A stretch of DNA of 46,462 bases, the filler included, from Catajapyx aquilonaris (lineage: Eukaryota), in NCBI GenBank assembly GCA_000934665.2. It is 2 parts of 2 records of this genome, joined end to end, with 100 filler letters (N's around TTAATTAATTAA, not from the genome) between each part and the next. Parts side by side here need not be neighbours in the genome. Positions count along the whole stretch, not along the records: positions 1 to 23,198 come from JYFJ02005727.1; 1 more part is not named here. The stretch is one strand, 5' to 3'. The translations under genes and the position numbers were made by a program. The notes beneath the pieces are model-generated. The model worked only from the letters and a program-made list of their open reading frames with translations. It did no database searches and had not been told where the DNA came from. Positions within the stretch are counted from its first letter, which is position 1; every line of letters begins with the position of its first letter. Shown here one piece after another: positions 1-18,811 of this stretch.

Positions 1-308
1 TCCCTCTCCCGCCAGGAGGCAACGAGTATGCTCAATTCCATCGCGTCAAAAGGATGGTCACACAAGTCAGTCACTCTGAATTATTTACTCTTGATATCGG
101 GAGGTTTTATGAAAACTTCTCTCACATCCGATTCAGTACGTGTAAAGTATGTCCATTGAGTCAATGCCACTCAATTTCTCAACCCAGTCTTACGACCAGC
201 TATGCTCTATTTCTTAGTTGTCACTCCGCGAGCCCTCTCATTCAATTTTTTCATTACCATTGTCTTCCTCATTGCAGGTTATGCCAAATTTTGGCTACGG
301 GTGCGCTA

Positions 309-309
<1 letters not shown>

Positions 310-365
<56 letters not shown>

Positions 366-620
366 CTTGGGTAGTGCCTGGCCCTATATAGGGTATGCGC
401 CACGGACCTTTATTATACTTGAAGTACAATGCAGTACAATCCTGGAACCTTGAGCGAAACTCCCGGGCCCACGAGCAGGATGACAGGAGGGGATGTGCAA
501 AGTGCAGTGCAATGTCTTAAACATGGCCATTTTTAGTGAACTCCCCGGGGTGGTTTAGTCCATTGGAGATACCACCCGAGCCGAAGCCAGAGGTGGCCCT
601 GAACTCTGCACGAACTGACA
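310..620 (-). mobile_element. 3' end of a non-LTR retroelement with (ATT)n tail
   Basis: Minus-strand AATAAA (409-414) shortly before the (AAT)n run at 310-364. Shares GGACCTTTATTAT, GGAACCTT and GCAGGATG blocks with 46221-46360. Confidence 0.5.
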
Positions 621-1239
621 CAGTGACATTGTAGAAGTTGAGAGCTACCTTGCGGTGTAACATATGTCTAGAATACACCTCAGATAGTGTGTGCTCTTCG
701 CTTTACCATATTGTTCTCTGTCTGCAAGTACGAGGTCATGTCACTTAATATTTACTATTATTATTACTCATGTGTGCTATATTTACTGACATAAGTCTCA
801 GTGATGATATTCTTGTCATGGTAATTTTTATGATACTAATAATACTTAATGTGAGGACTTTAATTTGCTTTTGCTCATTAACTGGAATTCTTACCCCTTT
901 GGAGCGCTGCGACTTGGCCCAGAGATGGCATTGCTGTTTGCATGGGGTCTTGTGGACGTAGCTGGCTTTCATTTTTTCTCAGTTGCAAATGAACCAAAAA
1001 TAACCAAAATTATGCTGTTAGATAGCCAGGAACAAATACTTCATGGTTCTTCCCTTCGCGTTGGCCATACGCTTTGGTATAAGTATGTAATTAATGTGAG
1101 AAAATTATTCACTTGAGCCATGCCACAAGTGCACTGGGAATAAGAAAAACGAGGGCCCTCTCAGCAGGGGTCAGCCCACTCCACCCCAACCCTCCTCACT
1201 GGGGTGTAGGGTCCCAGCCATCAGTGCAAGGGGGAGGAG

Positions 1240-1628
1240 GGGAGCAGATAAGTAAGGCCAGTCTTATCTATCATCCTGGGGTTTATAGCAGGTGTATTGG
1301 ACCTTCTAAAATAATCCGGAAACTTTTTAATGTCTCTTTTTGCATTTTTGACAGCACATACGAATTCTAAGATGTCAAAAGCATATATTTTCATACTTGA
1401 TTCATACCAGGCATGTCACAAACAGGCCCACGGTAACCCATGTGTATGCCTTGTATGAATCGAGTATGAAAATATAGGTTTTCAACACCTTAGAATTCAT
1501 ATTTGCTGTCAAAAATGCAAAAATGGACATCCTTAAAAATTTACCAGGTTATTTTAGAAAGTCCAATACACCACCTGCTATAAGCCCGAGGTGGGTAGAT
1601 AAGGAATGGTCTTGCTTATCTCCCTCCC
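1240..1628. mobile_element. Foldback/MITE-like element with ~190 bp imperfect arms
   Basis: AGATAAGTAAG...TTATAGCAGGTG...TTTTCATACTTGATTCATAC is mirrored by GTATGAATCGAGTATGAAAA...CACCTGCTATAA...CTTGCTTATCT. Confidence 0.8.
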
Positions 1629-2251
1629 ACTGTGGCCTAGTCAAACCCTTTCACTGCTGCAATTTACAGCTTTGCTACATTTTTATGGGTTCATCTTATT
1701 CCGATTTCTACTATGCAGTGTTATGGCATAGGTGTATACAGCTGTGATTATTTTGAGCAAAATTCGAGATGGCCAAGGGACATTTCGGCCCACTTGATTC
1801 GGAATGACCCCTATATTTCAAGGAATTTGGTTTTTTGACTGCCCTGAGGTTAAAAACAAATTTCAGACAAAATGAATGATGAGTTTATATGAATGACCTA
1901 AGGAACATGGAAATAACGCTGAATTCCCATGGACAAAATTCGTGTTGGGTAGTGTAAGTACAATACAACTGGCTATCAATCTGATTATTCTGCATACACA
2001 TTACATGGTAAAAGTAATTGGTCGCAATCAGAAATCACAATTTTAAAAATAAATCCTGAAGCACTTTTACTGCAATGGAGGTGGATTCCAGGGAAAAGAT
2101 GGTGACACAAGCAGTAGAGACAGGGACATCCAGAATTGCTGATTAGTTTTTCCGTTTTTGAACATGCTATTATTAGAGCATAGCCTACATTGCAGAAAAT
2201 GAAAATTACCATGTTATGTGATAGCTTTTATCACATTATTTACTCAGTATA

Positions 2252-2687
2252 CAGGGTGAAGGGAAACTCGTGGACAATCGCCAAGTAGAGTGATAGCACT
2301 CGCAAAATTAATATAGGGATATATGCAATTAGTTTTGGGCGGGGTAGCATAGTTAATGCTCCGTCAAAGTTTCGTGACGTCACGTCTGTTCCGCTAGCTT
2401 CAAGAAAGCAAAAGTCAGCTTGAGGGCCTCCAAACAATCCAGCCTTGGGCCCGTAACACATCATCCATGTGCAAAAGATGATCAAATCCCGTCAGAGTAA
2501 GAATCTGGGTACAACACCCGTGCACTTGTAGTTTTTGCCTAATTTTTACCATCCAGCCCTCTACACTTTAAAGGCGCTGTACGCATTAACTATGCAACGA
2601 AGCCAAAAACTATTGCATATCCCTATATTAGTTTTATGAGTACTATCAGTCTACCTGGCAATATTCCGCGAGTTTCCCTTCACCCTG
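2252..2687. mobile_element. Tc1/mariner-type MITE
   Basis: TA|CAGGGTGAAGGGAAACTCG...CGAGTTTCCCTTCACCCTG|TA, ~100 bp imperfect TIRs. Confidence 0.9.
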
Positions 2688-3933
2688 TATATTTGGAAAA
2701 TAAATGTTATGCAAAGCACCAACTTGCCAAAATTTGGCAAAAAATTAGGCGAAAGTGGAGAGGGAGAGAGAGCCGTGTACCGGGCAGCAGCATCGAAGCG
2801 ACATCCGATGGTGAAGTGCGGAAGTAAGCGAGTAGCGACCAGGCCATGGTCGCGACCAAGCAGGTGGCGCCCAGAACAGTGGAATTGGAAATTCTGAGGA
2901 GATGCCAGAATCTGCGTTTTTGGTTTTTTTTTGTGTGTTTCACAAAGTTCCTGGTCACTTCTTCCAGAAAGTAAAAGTTTATTGCACATGTAGAAAACAT
3001 GAGCAAAATTCAGAGACCACTCCCAATGCTGTAGGCCCTACTGTATAGATGGAGTTTCCATGACAGTCGGGTATTAATAATATAGATATGCGGAATTTGT
3101 TTAAATTATCTGGGCCTTTGGGAAAACACCGATTTCAAAAGAGGGGTTCCTCCCCACCCCCACCACCCCACCCCACCCTGTCCTTCACTGACACTAGCCA
3201 CGGACAGACTTGTGAGCCATCATGACTGAGGAGGTGAGGAAGAGGGCGTCGAAGAGTTCCAGCCAGATGAGGAGGGTCTGGGTGGTGTGGAGGTGTGGAG
3301 GAGGCTGAGGACTCGGTTTTTCTCATACCCAGTGCACTTGTGACATGACTCACATGAATAATTTTCTCGCATTAATTACACCCTTATACCAAGGTGTATG
3401 GCCAACACGAAGGGAAGAACCATGTAGTATTTGTTTCCGGCTATCTAACAGCATAATTTGGGTTATTTTTGGTGCATTTGCAACTGAGAAAAAATGAAAC
3501 CCAGATATGTCCATAAGACCCCATGCAAACATCTCTGGGCCAAGGGGTAAGAATTCCCGTTAACTAAGCGCAGTGAGTAAGTCGGACTTGTTGTTTCTTA
3601 GGTTGGGTTGCGTAAAATGGCAACCCTGATTATGTCATTAATCCTATATGAATAACATGGGATCAACCATGTTATCTGGTTATACCTTGTTTATGCAACC
3701 AGCACTTAGTGTGTAATTACCTACAATTCCTATAGGTAAGAACCAGGTAGTAAATGTTGGTTGCAGCTGTTTGAATAGGTTGATTACCGTGTGGTTGTCT
3801 GGCAGGGTTGGAAGAGTAATTTACAACAAAGGAACCCACAAGAGTGAAAGTTTAAATATTGTTATTATATAGTTGAGTTTAATTTTTTGAGCTCTTCTGA
3901 ATAGTTTTTAATTGCATTTTCTTTGCCTTGCAG

Positions 3934-9555
<5,622 letters not shown>

Positions 9556-12500
9556 ACAACATGGTGTCAAACCCAACATTGCTGTAAATGAACTGTACAA
9601 ACGGTGGAACAGCCCACGTGTGGATGTGCAGTGGCAGGTGATCCTGTGCAATGTGTGCTTGCGAGTACTTGATGGAGTTGTGTGCCAGACTAGCGACGGC
9701 ACAAACAAGTGGACCGCGGGTGAGCGGGCCACAAAAAGAAAGTTAAGGACAAAGAAGCGTCATGGTAAAGTGGACCATTGATGCTGCACAAGCAGAGCAG
9801 GTGTGTGCGGCATTCCTTTGGATCGCAGCGGACACATGGAATCCAGCTGCGGAACAAGGCATCTCTCCTGCGCTTGGCCATCAATCAAGTCGGCACACCA
9901 AAGTTGGGAAGCAAAGCAAAGCCTCTCTGCTGCACTCGACTTCCAGTAGGATTTTAGAAGATTTTTTTTTTTGTCAGCACTTTTTTTCCCTCCCATGGCC
10001 CACCTGCGTTTTACATGGCCCCTCGAGTTGCTTGTATAATTGTTTTTTGTAACCGCAACAGTTGCTTATCAAACCATATGCCCTGCCTCCTTATCAGTGA
10101 TGAAATAGTAGTTCCTGGTACTAGGTGACAGCTTTTTAAAAAAATTATTGTAATAATTATTTTTATTATTATTATTTGGAGACTGAACCCCCAACTCAGA
10201 ACAAATCTGAATTCTTTCTATCAGTGTAGATTCTAAACAAAACTGAGCGGTAGAGTGCCAGTAGTGACGTGTTTGTTTTGACCCGAGTAGATGAGAGCCA
10301 GCTTGCTTTCACACCTTGTGCCAGATGTCCTAGGATGCCATACAGAAACTTTCCCCTTTTTAAAAGTCTGTTTTCTCTTTTTCAAACAACAAAACTGAAA
10401 TGCTGGAATGGAGTGGCGGTGTTGTAACTGCGAACCAGTAATCGAAAGAACCAGGGGCCCTAGAAGATGACAGAATTTTCACTCATGGCCCTGAGATGGA
10501 ATGGCCAAAATTCCTGGCAGGGTCAAACAAGCAAAAGGGGTGGGTGGGTTGGGGGGCGATAAGCTGGCAAATTTTTTCCCTTCTCTCTTGAAATGAATGT
10601 AGTTAGCAGTGAAGAACGTGACAACTGGCCACGTTGAAAACGTTGCCACAGCTAGTCATCAAACTGTTGGNGAGTGAATGTTTAGGGCCTACACGTATCG
10701 ACCGGGAGAACAGGATATTTCTGTTTCCTCAGGGGACAGTACCTTGTGAACATGTCGTTCGACTAGGCTTGTCGAGGCTGTGCTCAGTGTGCGATTCTTC
10801 ACCTAGGGTTGCAGATGGTGTAATGGGGGACATGGGGTGGGGGGAAGGGGGGGACCTATCATGTATCAATTCCATTTCAAGGGGCTCCAAATATGCCCAC
10901 CCAGGTGAGCAATTTGTTTTGTTACGGACACGAGTTTTAAGTTTGAAAACCACAGTTCAAAATTAGACTTGGAAGGAAGTTTTAAAAATAACTTCACAAA
11001 TATGAGAGGGCGGTTAGTGACCAGCCTGATTGGAATAATTAGTTTGGTTTTGGTAACTTTCAGTTACTGATTGCTGCCAGTTGTGGCAGGCACAGCTGCT
11101 GTGTGTGGAGGGGCAGGGACAAGTGTGTTGATTATACGGTGCTTCAGATCCTTGTTGTCTCCTCTGCATCAAGAGCTCGTTGCTTGTCGGATGGCAGCCA
11201 TGATGGCCAGGTGGTTACTTATAATAATCGTGTCTCGAGGCCCTCGAGCATGCCATGAAAAAGGTGCCACTGATTTTGGCCTTTTCATAATGCCAACTTC
11301 TTTTGTACATAACCAAGTTGAGAATGGGCGGGTCCAAAGGCAAAATATAAAAAAAATATATATAAAAATACAGAAGCACTGTTGCATCATGTTTCACTAT
11401 TAGAGTTGTGTGAAGATGACCACAACTATCTGTGCAGTGATTTTTACTGTATAATTTCAATGGATTTTATAATGAGTGGCTGCAACTTGGTATAAATGGG
11501 TAGAATGGGGGCTGGGGGTAGGGAAAGGGAGGGGGGGAGGGGGGAACTACACGCCTTCTTTTACAAGTTGACTGTTTGTAATCCACTTTACAGCGAGCTC
11601 CCAATTGCAAACATTAAACTGCAATTCCTTTGTAACTGTGACAGCAGTGTACCTATTTAGCTGCAAGTAAAATTGTTTAGGAAATTGAAGAGAATGGATG
11701 ACTTTTCATTTCTTCCATATTCATTCATATTTCTTGAATGCCATGAGGAGGCTCTCTTGTGCCAAGGAATAGTTTCAAAAAGTGGCAGTACAGCGGGAAA
11801 TGGCAATGGTTTAACCAGCTGTGCCTTTGGATCCAAATTGGCAAAATGCAATGGAAAGATCAGGTGACTGAAGCACACCCTAAAACCTGCTGTTCAGTTC
11901 AAGGGTTTCTAATGCATAGAGCAGTTAGTTATCAGTTGCATTGTTGTTCAGAAATTATGCTTGATGAACCACCAAGCGGTAGTTTCATTTCTTGCTGTTC
12001 TATACTCTGGTGCAATTTTTCTTCTTCTGAAATTAGCTTTGCAGCCAACTTAGAAGCAATTTGGGAAAATCACACGGCAACTGCTTGTACAGTGGGTTTT
12101 AGGCAGCTTGTCACTTAACATGTGATAGTGGGCACATCTGGCTCGTTAAAATTTTGACCTGGACCCCGGTGTAGATATGCAACTTGTGATTGCATATATA
12201 TAATTTTATGTTGGAGATGCTATGTTTTCTGTTGTGCATTTTTCCAAGGCAGTTGGACAGGGAGGGTGCTTGTGCTACATAGGTTGGAGGGTTGATATGA
12301 TTTTGTTGAGACAGTCTTCTTTCAGGAACTATTCTGTAAAGAAACTTGTCATTCCATAACCTAAATAATAATGGTGTGTAAGAGGTGACATGACATTCAC
12401 CATGAGCATAATCTTTTGAATATGGCAGAACCAGTGCATAAATTTACTGATATGAGAGTGCTGGAAATCGTATGCTGAAAACTCCCACCAGGAGCCATGA

Positions 12501-14920
12501 AATGCCTGCCTCCCGGCGGTAACATTCTGGCAGCAGTGTCTGTAGTTGGGAACAGGTCAGATATTTGGATATAAAATGTGGGTGATATTATGGGATGATG
12601 GCAAGACGTAATGATTTAGAAAAAGTGAAAAAAAAGGGAAACAAGGGGGAAAAAGACATTTGTAACCATGGAAGTGGTCAGTTTGCTCAAATTTGTGGTG
12701 ACAATACATGAATGCGCCCTATTATACCCAGTTTAAATGTGTACAAGTCACACACATCAGTTCTGCTTGTGAGAATCCAGGCAATTTGATTGGGAAACAA
12801 TTTATTTTCTTTGATTTTCAACTAAGGGGTTTTAGAAGTGTTATCCCCCGGACCAAGTGTTAATTTTTTGAAATTATCAGTGCTGTTATCTTCTTTGTAT
12901 GGCTAAATGGTGTAAACAGGAAGAGAGAGAAACTTTTGAATGATCATGTGAGAAACTGGCATGCTTTGAATCCAGGACCATTGTAAATAACGGTTTTGTC
13001 AAAATGTAGGCTGGTGTGTTCTGCTTGTGCTAGAAGAAATGAAACCGCAAACTGGACTCTTTTTTGCGAAAAAAAATAATTCCGATTGTGTAAAAGAAAA
13101 TTGTATCGAAGGTCAACATGGTTGCCACAAGTGAGAAGTCTAAGCCACTTCCTCAGAAAGAAAGAGCATGCAGTACAACTCGGTTATGTCGACAAGTATA
13201 TGCAGGTGAATGTGTTGTTAATGTGGCTTTCATTCTGGGACCAAACTCCCCCTACTTGCTGCGGCAAATGCCGCATCAGAGGTTGATATAATCGAGTTGT
13301 ATCGACCCTGAAAGAGTGTCATTGCTCTGACTCGTCTTCCTTATAACACTAAATCTTTTTGATTTTTTTAAAACCCCCTTCCCCTCACGCGGCACCCAAC
13401 TCTACAAGAAGCAAATCAAATGTTGACGATCTGGGTTGCATGCAATAGGCCCAAGGCACTAAGTTGCATGATTGGCATGACCAGACCAAAGGTGCATTGG
13501 GACCTTATTGAGACATGAAAAGGAGCGACCAAAAAATGCAAATTGAAATGTGGTGCTGCGTGCAAGCACGTGGAGTGGTACTTTTTGTCGTACCGGAAGC
13601 ACGTGCGTGCGCACGGATTACGAGAGGGTGCTCACGATTTTTCTTGGGAGAAACGCAAAACTGTGTTTGCAGTGACAATACAGATGTAACCTTGTGAACG
13701 TACAATTAATTGCTTTTACCATTCCCCCTCGGTCTTGCACAATTTCCCTTCTTGCATTAAGTGTTTGCCACGACAAAAAGTACTTTATCCTCTAACACTT
13801 GATCCAGGCGTTTGTATGTAGGTACAAGTCCTGCTTTTAGTACCAATTATGCGTGTGAATAATGTCAATGTTTTCAAACGATTATGAACGCATGTGTAAA
13901 AGAATGTTACTGCGACTTTTACAAAGTTTTACTAAATCCATGTGTTGACACGGGTATGATTGCCTTGACATGTGTGCACAAGCAGTAGCAGTGCTACCGC
14001 TCGGTTTTCATGGGAAGACCCTCCTTTTTCTGCCAGCTCCAAACCATTCAGCTTCATGAAAAGCTGGATGGTGTCAATGTGAATGGGTGTAATATTTTGC
14101 AATTGTAGAGTGAGAGCAAGAAACTGCCAAACATGAGTTTATTATACCAAATAATTCCCCATAGTTCCAACTCTAGGGATAGTATTCATGACTTAATGAC
14201 AACAGCATGATAATCTCGATTGTGGCCAGAGCTTCTCATCTTTTCATGGAATGTGTTTTTTTTCCAGCATTTTTTGAAGTCAACTTTTTGGACATGTATA
14301 AAATATACTGTATTATACTGGTATGTGCTTTTCCTTTTGTGGTTGTCATTTGTTAATTTGTAGCAAGTGAGGGAGGGAGTAGTTCCCAATATGATTACTT
14401 TTGTACAATGCTGTATGCCCACTACACACACGTGCAAGTGAGCCTGCATTGGTTTTCCGGATCTTGAATGATACTCATTTCAGGTCATCAGCTGATTATT
14501 CCAGGTGCAGTATGTTAGATATTCAACACGTACTGTATAGTCTATCTACTTAATCTTGCAACTCCATACCATATACTTGCCAGTAAACGTTGTGGTTGAT
14601 GTAGTACATCTTGTACCACGTTGCATGTCAACATAACTTAATGGAATACTAGCAGTTGTAAGATGGATATGAGACAATAGTAAATGGTGGCTATAAAATA
14701 CATGGTTGGAAAGACGTTACTCAGCCCTGTTGAGCTGTCTCATTATAGTTTCATGTAATTAAATGCCGATGTTTAAAATCGTTACATCATTTGACCTTTG
14801 ACCTCTTTTTTATTCTAAAACTTATTTTCAATGTGCATAAAAATATGCACCCAGAAAGCTGACAACTTGGTTTTTATTTTGAGGCACTAATAAAGTATGG
14901 ATGTCCTCCTATGCATTGCT
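9556..14920 (+). other. Probable long 3'UTR of Galphaq
   Basis: No recognisable MITEs or spliced ORFs for ~5.3 kb after the stop, unlike the flanking introns. First canonical AATAAA I found is at 14889-14894 (ATTAAA variants near 11613 and 14758). Confidence 0.5.
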
Positions 14921-16413
14921 GAGAAAATAATACAGTTGGGTAAGTTAATACAAAATCACTCACAACATATCCTTTGACCTGCAGCATTCTTAAATTTCAG
15001 TGGGATTTTGCACAGAATATGACATGGATGTGTAAGGATTTTACCAAAATAATATTACTGCTGTCAGTACATGCCGGCATGAGGTCACTGAAGACTTGGG
15101 ACTCATTTTGTTCAGGTAAAATATTCAGTGACCTCATCCTGTGCCTGAGGCTGGCTGTTATTTATTATTATTACATATTTATATATTATATATTATTATT
15201 AGTAATACTGTACTTGGTACTCTGTGCAAAATTACTTTGAAATCTGAGGATGTAGAACAGTTAAAGGGTTGGTTAAAGGTTAAAGGGTTGTAAGGGATTT
15301 TGCATGAACTGGATTATTTTTCCAGCAATGCATGCTAGGATCAGCCATAATTTATTAGTAGCTCAAAATCATAGCCAAGATGTTGGCTTTCTGCAGGCAT
15401 ATGTTATGAATGACATCAAAGGACGTAATAAATTTCAACATTGGTATTTAATTACATCAAACTACAACGAGGTAGCACAGGGTTGATTAGGTCCTTTTAG
15501 TTATTGCATATTTGGCCTGAATTTTTATTTTTGTGAAACTTTTTATGCCCTGATCCAGGTGCTCAATATTCTCAGGTGGGGCACTTGGATCGGGGAGCAA
15601 AACTCTAGTAGACTCAAATGACAACTTCCGGTCGTTTGCCATAACTAAATATGATAGATCCAGATTGGAACACACTGTGTATCATCAGTATGCAAGCATA
15701 ACACACTAATTAATTATTAGTGGTACTCAAAACCGTCAAAATAGTAGCCTACTTAAGGTGCTCATTAGAAAAAAGTGCAGCTTCTACTTACAATTTAGTC
15801 CAGAAATCCCATAGGTAAGATGGCTCTGCCCAAATAGCATGATCTTATCACGATTTGGGTATTTTCAAAGGCTGGAAGGCTGGCTTTCCACTCAGGTAGT
15901 GATTAATGAAGTTATTTGGTGGGTTCTCCCATGTGAGACTGCCATCTTGCATTGCTTGGCGAGATGTGCTACTGTTTTGCCTTTGTGTCAGAGGAACTGC
16001 ATGCTTAGGTGGCAAACACCGTTTTGTCAACATGTTGACATGGTGGTGGAATTTGTATGCTATCTTTATGGCAGTTTGTAAGGAAAGGGTGGTTATGAGG
16101 AAAAAATATCTTAGGCATGACACGAGATAACTGAAACATTTCGAGGCTGGCATATTTTCATGGCCATGTGAGTGGGCTAGAATAATGCTCTTAGATGATT
16201 TTATCAGGTGAATTGGAAAGTTTTAATGGAATACATTACATTGAAATGAATACTGTTGGTCTGGTGGTAAACTGCTTAGATGTTAATGCTGAATGTCAAA
16301 TTATTATTACATAAAGAAGGCCCTTCAGAGGAGATTTTGCTTGATCACAAGTATTGTCAATTTGAAGGTAGGAAATTAATGAGTGGATTAAAAAATCAAG
16401 ACCTCCTTCGACC

Positions 16414-16578
16414 AATCAAAGTTCTGACACAACAAAATGCACAATATTGCCGTAAGGGACCTGCATAATATTTACAAGTATATTTTTTGTCAAGCTGGAA
16501 AAAATATACCGTACTTGTAAATATTATGCAGGTCCCTTACGGCAATATTGTGCATTTTGTTGTGTCAGAACTTTGATT
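16414..16578. repeat. Perfect 67-bp inverted repeat (probably MITE-derived)
   Basis: 16414-16480 is the exact reverse complement of 16512-16578; followed by TCTACTG|TA, resembling a Tc1/pogo terminus. Confidence 0.9.
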
Positions 16579-16603
16579 TCTACTGTATTTGCCATATGCT
16601 AAG

Positions 16604-18448
16604 GGCTAATTCCATGCAAAAGTATACATCAGGGTCAGATTTTAAAATAAATAATTTCTATGATATTAAGATATTTTCTGAAAGCTGAGATTGTGTATTT
16701 TTTATTTTTCAACAGATATTAGAGAATTTTCGCATACATTCAAGTTAACAACACTGTTTATTTCAAATATGGCGGGTGTGCAAATTTTTTTGTTCTAAGT
16801 CTCCATAAAAATCTTCATAATTCAACAAGTAAGCTAGTGTTTTTCATGCAGTAAACTGTGATTTCTATATCATAAGAACTGGATACTATATATTTATCTT
16901 TCCATTAGCATCTTTTCCATTAGCAAGTTTAAATACCATCTTTGCGTGTCGTGTAAGTGACAGTTTTTAGACCTTTTTTAAATTTTTAGCTATAGTACCA
17001 AAATCTAAAAGTGGATATTAATTACCTTCTCACTACACAGTAGGACCCTTGAAATAATAGTAATAATTTTGAGGTAATTTTTGCCTGAACATTATTATGG
17101 CCATTTAATTCTTGTCGTGTAAGTCACACTTCGGCTTGGATGCCACTGTCACTATTGTTTCCCGGCTGTTAAAATGCCACTTACAGTAGTGGAATGGAAG
17201 AAAAAGCAAATGTCATAGTTACAGCAAGAAGAGAAGTAATAAAGAGCTGTCCTAGATAAGTGCATTGGAAAGGCAAAAATACAGGTGTAATTTTTAAAAA
17301 AATTGTGACTTTTAGTGAGAGAGACGCTTTGAAGATCAAATGTAGAGTTTGAGAAGCCATCAATGCCAGACAGTTTGATCCAAAAGCAGCTGGAGAATTT
17401 GCAGAAGTTGCCCATAGAGTTTATCCAAATATTAATATTATATTCATGGAATCAAAGGACATTGAATGAAGAATAGCTACGCTTGATGAAATGTGAACTC
17501 CTACTGTAAAATGTGTAATTTATTATCCTGACTAAGAAAATCTCATTATTTCAGTACACTTGGACCATTTCCAATGCTTCCATTCTTGCATTTTATATTG
17601 TTTATTTTTTCCTGACTTGACTGCAAATGTAATGGACAGAACTCACTACATGCTTTGTTGGGCAAGTTATACCAATTTATAGACCATTTTATACACACAT
17701 ATAGACTACATACATTGTAGTAACCTATACACATTCCGCCTGCACGGCATTATATCCCATGACAGGGTGGCCAGCGATGACCATCAGGTATCACACCTGG
17801 CCATCTCACATGGCCATACAATGAATCCACTGCTATAGCTCAGGTACACACATTATACATGTTCAAATGTTAATTATAAGAATTGTTGCCCTGCACATTC
17901 TCATCTAGGCCTATCATTTAAATGTTTTAATAAAATAATATGTAATAAGAGAGATTACTTTGTTTCCGTCCTAAAAATCTAAAATTATTCTCATAAATCT
18001 CATTAGAAAGCAATGAGGACAAAAGTGTCGTGTAAGTCACGTTTCGAGTGTCGTGTAAGTCACAAAAGAAAAAATTTATTTCTTGTAAAATTAATAACAT
18101 AACACCCAGTTCACATAATAATATTTTAATTTGGGTCTTTGAAAATATCTTCCCTACAATAACACTAACATTTAAGTCATAACTGTGAAGAATTTTACAT
18201 TCATATCTGAAGCCTCCGTTACCAGTGGCTTTCTTGTCGTGTAAGTCACTCATTCCTTTATAATTATATTTATATAACTCAAATGAAATGTGCAACTGTT
18301 AAAATCAAGACATTAATTAACACTTAGATACAAAGTGCATATTTAGGTTTAAACACCCTTTCCTTAAATGCTACGTTTGTGGTTTAAAAATTTAAAAGTT
18401 AGGCATAAACTGAGTGTCATGTCATGTAAGTCACGCGTGGAATTAGCC
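16604..18448. mobile_element. Non-autonomous DNA transposon, 14-bp TIRs, TAAG (or TAA) target duplication
   Basis: TAAG|GGCTAATTCCATGC...GCGTGGAATTAGCC|TAAG; six internal TGTCGTGTAAGTCAC-like motifs. Confidence 0.78.
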
Positions 18449-18634
18449 TAAGGCAATATAAAATAAGTACAGCTGCATGTTGACAATGCAGTGTCAAAGA
18501 AATTCTTGTCTATGAGGCACCGACTCAATGAAGCCCAGTGTTTGGTCTTCTAAAAAGATGTGACCAAAAAAATAAATTCTCGTCGGAAGAGTCAGTGCAG
18601 CTGCAATAGACCTCATAGTGATGTCAGATCACAA

Positions 18635-18811
18635 TCACTTGTCATCAGTGACATTTCTTGCACGAATGTCAGGAGACTCATCATCAGATGTAGTAGGGCC
18701 ATTTAGTTCTGCCTTCTTATTAGCACTCTTCTCTTCTGACTTTCCAAATACGACCTTCCAATCATCCAATCTTCCTGGAACTTCACCTTTCTTTTCCCTT
18801 CCTAAAATGGG
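18635..18811 (-). CDS. Probable terminal exon of ARID gene (PILGREKKGEVPGRLDDWKVVFGK...DDK*)
   Basis: minus strand cattgcag|CCC acceptor in phase with AAG|gcatgt donor; charged protein-like sequence. Confidence 0.55.
   Translation of the reverse strand, partial: PILGREKKGEVPGRLDDWKVVFGKSEEKSANKKAELNGPTTSDDESPDIRARNVTDDK

Larger units (their letters stand above)
872..3570. repeat. Pair of ~300-330 bp inverted dispersed repeats (872-1200 and 3265-3570) in a Galphaq intron
   Basis: TTAACTGGAATTCTTACCCC...GCACTGGGAATAAGAAAAAC is the diverged reverse complement of the 3265-3570 segment; the ORF track shows near-identical spurious peptides on opposite strands. Confidence 0.85.

Noticed and set aside
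280..310. Helitron-like 3' end (short palindrome then CTAG|T)
   Set aside because: Palindrome is weak and the 5' end is outside the window; cannot be supported
54..374. ORFs with poly-Ile/Tyr/Leu tracts (also 20388-20727, 22105-22449, 42160-42505)
   Set aside because: Produced by (ATT)n microsatellites; no protein-family signal
865..3532. Near-identical peptides on opposite strands (MLLDS...HGSSLRVGHT)
   Set aside because: Consequence of an inverted non-coding repeat, not a gene pair
9646..12190. Single miRNA seed matches (GTGCCTT, GTGCAAT, TGTGAT) in the putative 3'UTR
   Set aside because: Expected by chance in ~5 kb without conservation data
13648..13697. Faint similarity to the Galphaq last exon (possible decayed alternative exon)
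   Set aside because: Needs many gaps and lacks a convincing acceptor; likely chance
16947..18434. Repeated 15-mers as a CRISPR-like array
   Set aside because: Irregular spacing (about 20-900 nt), eukaryotic context, inside a TIR element
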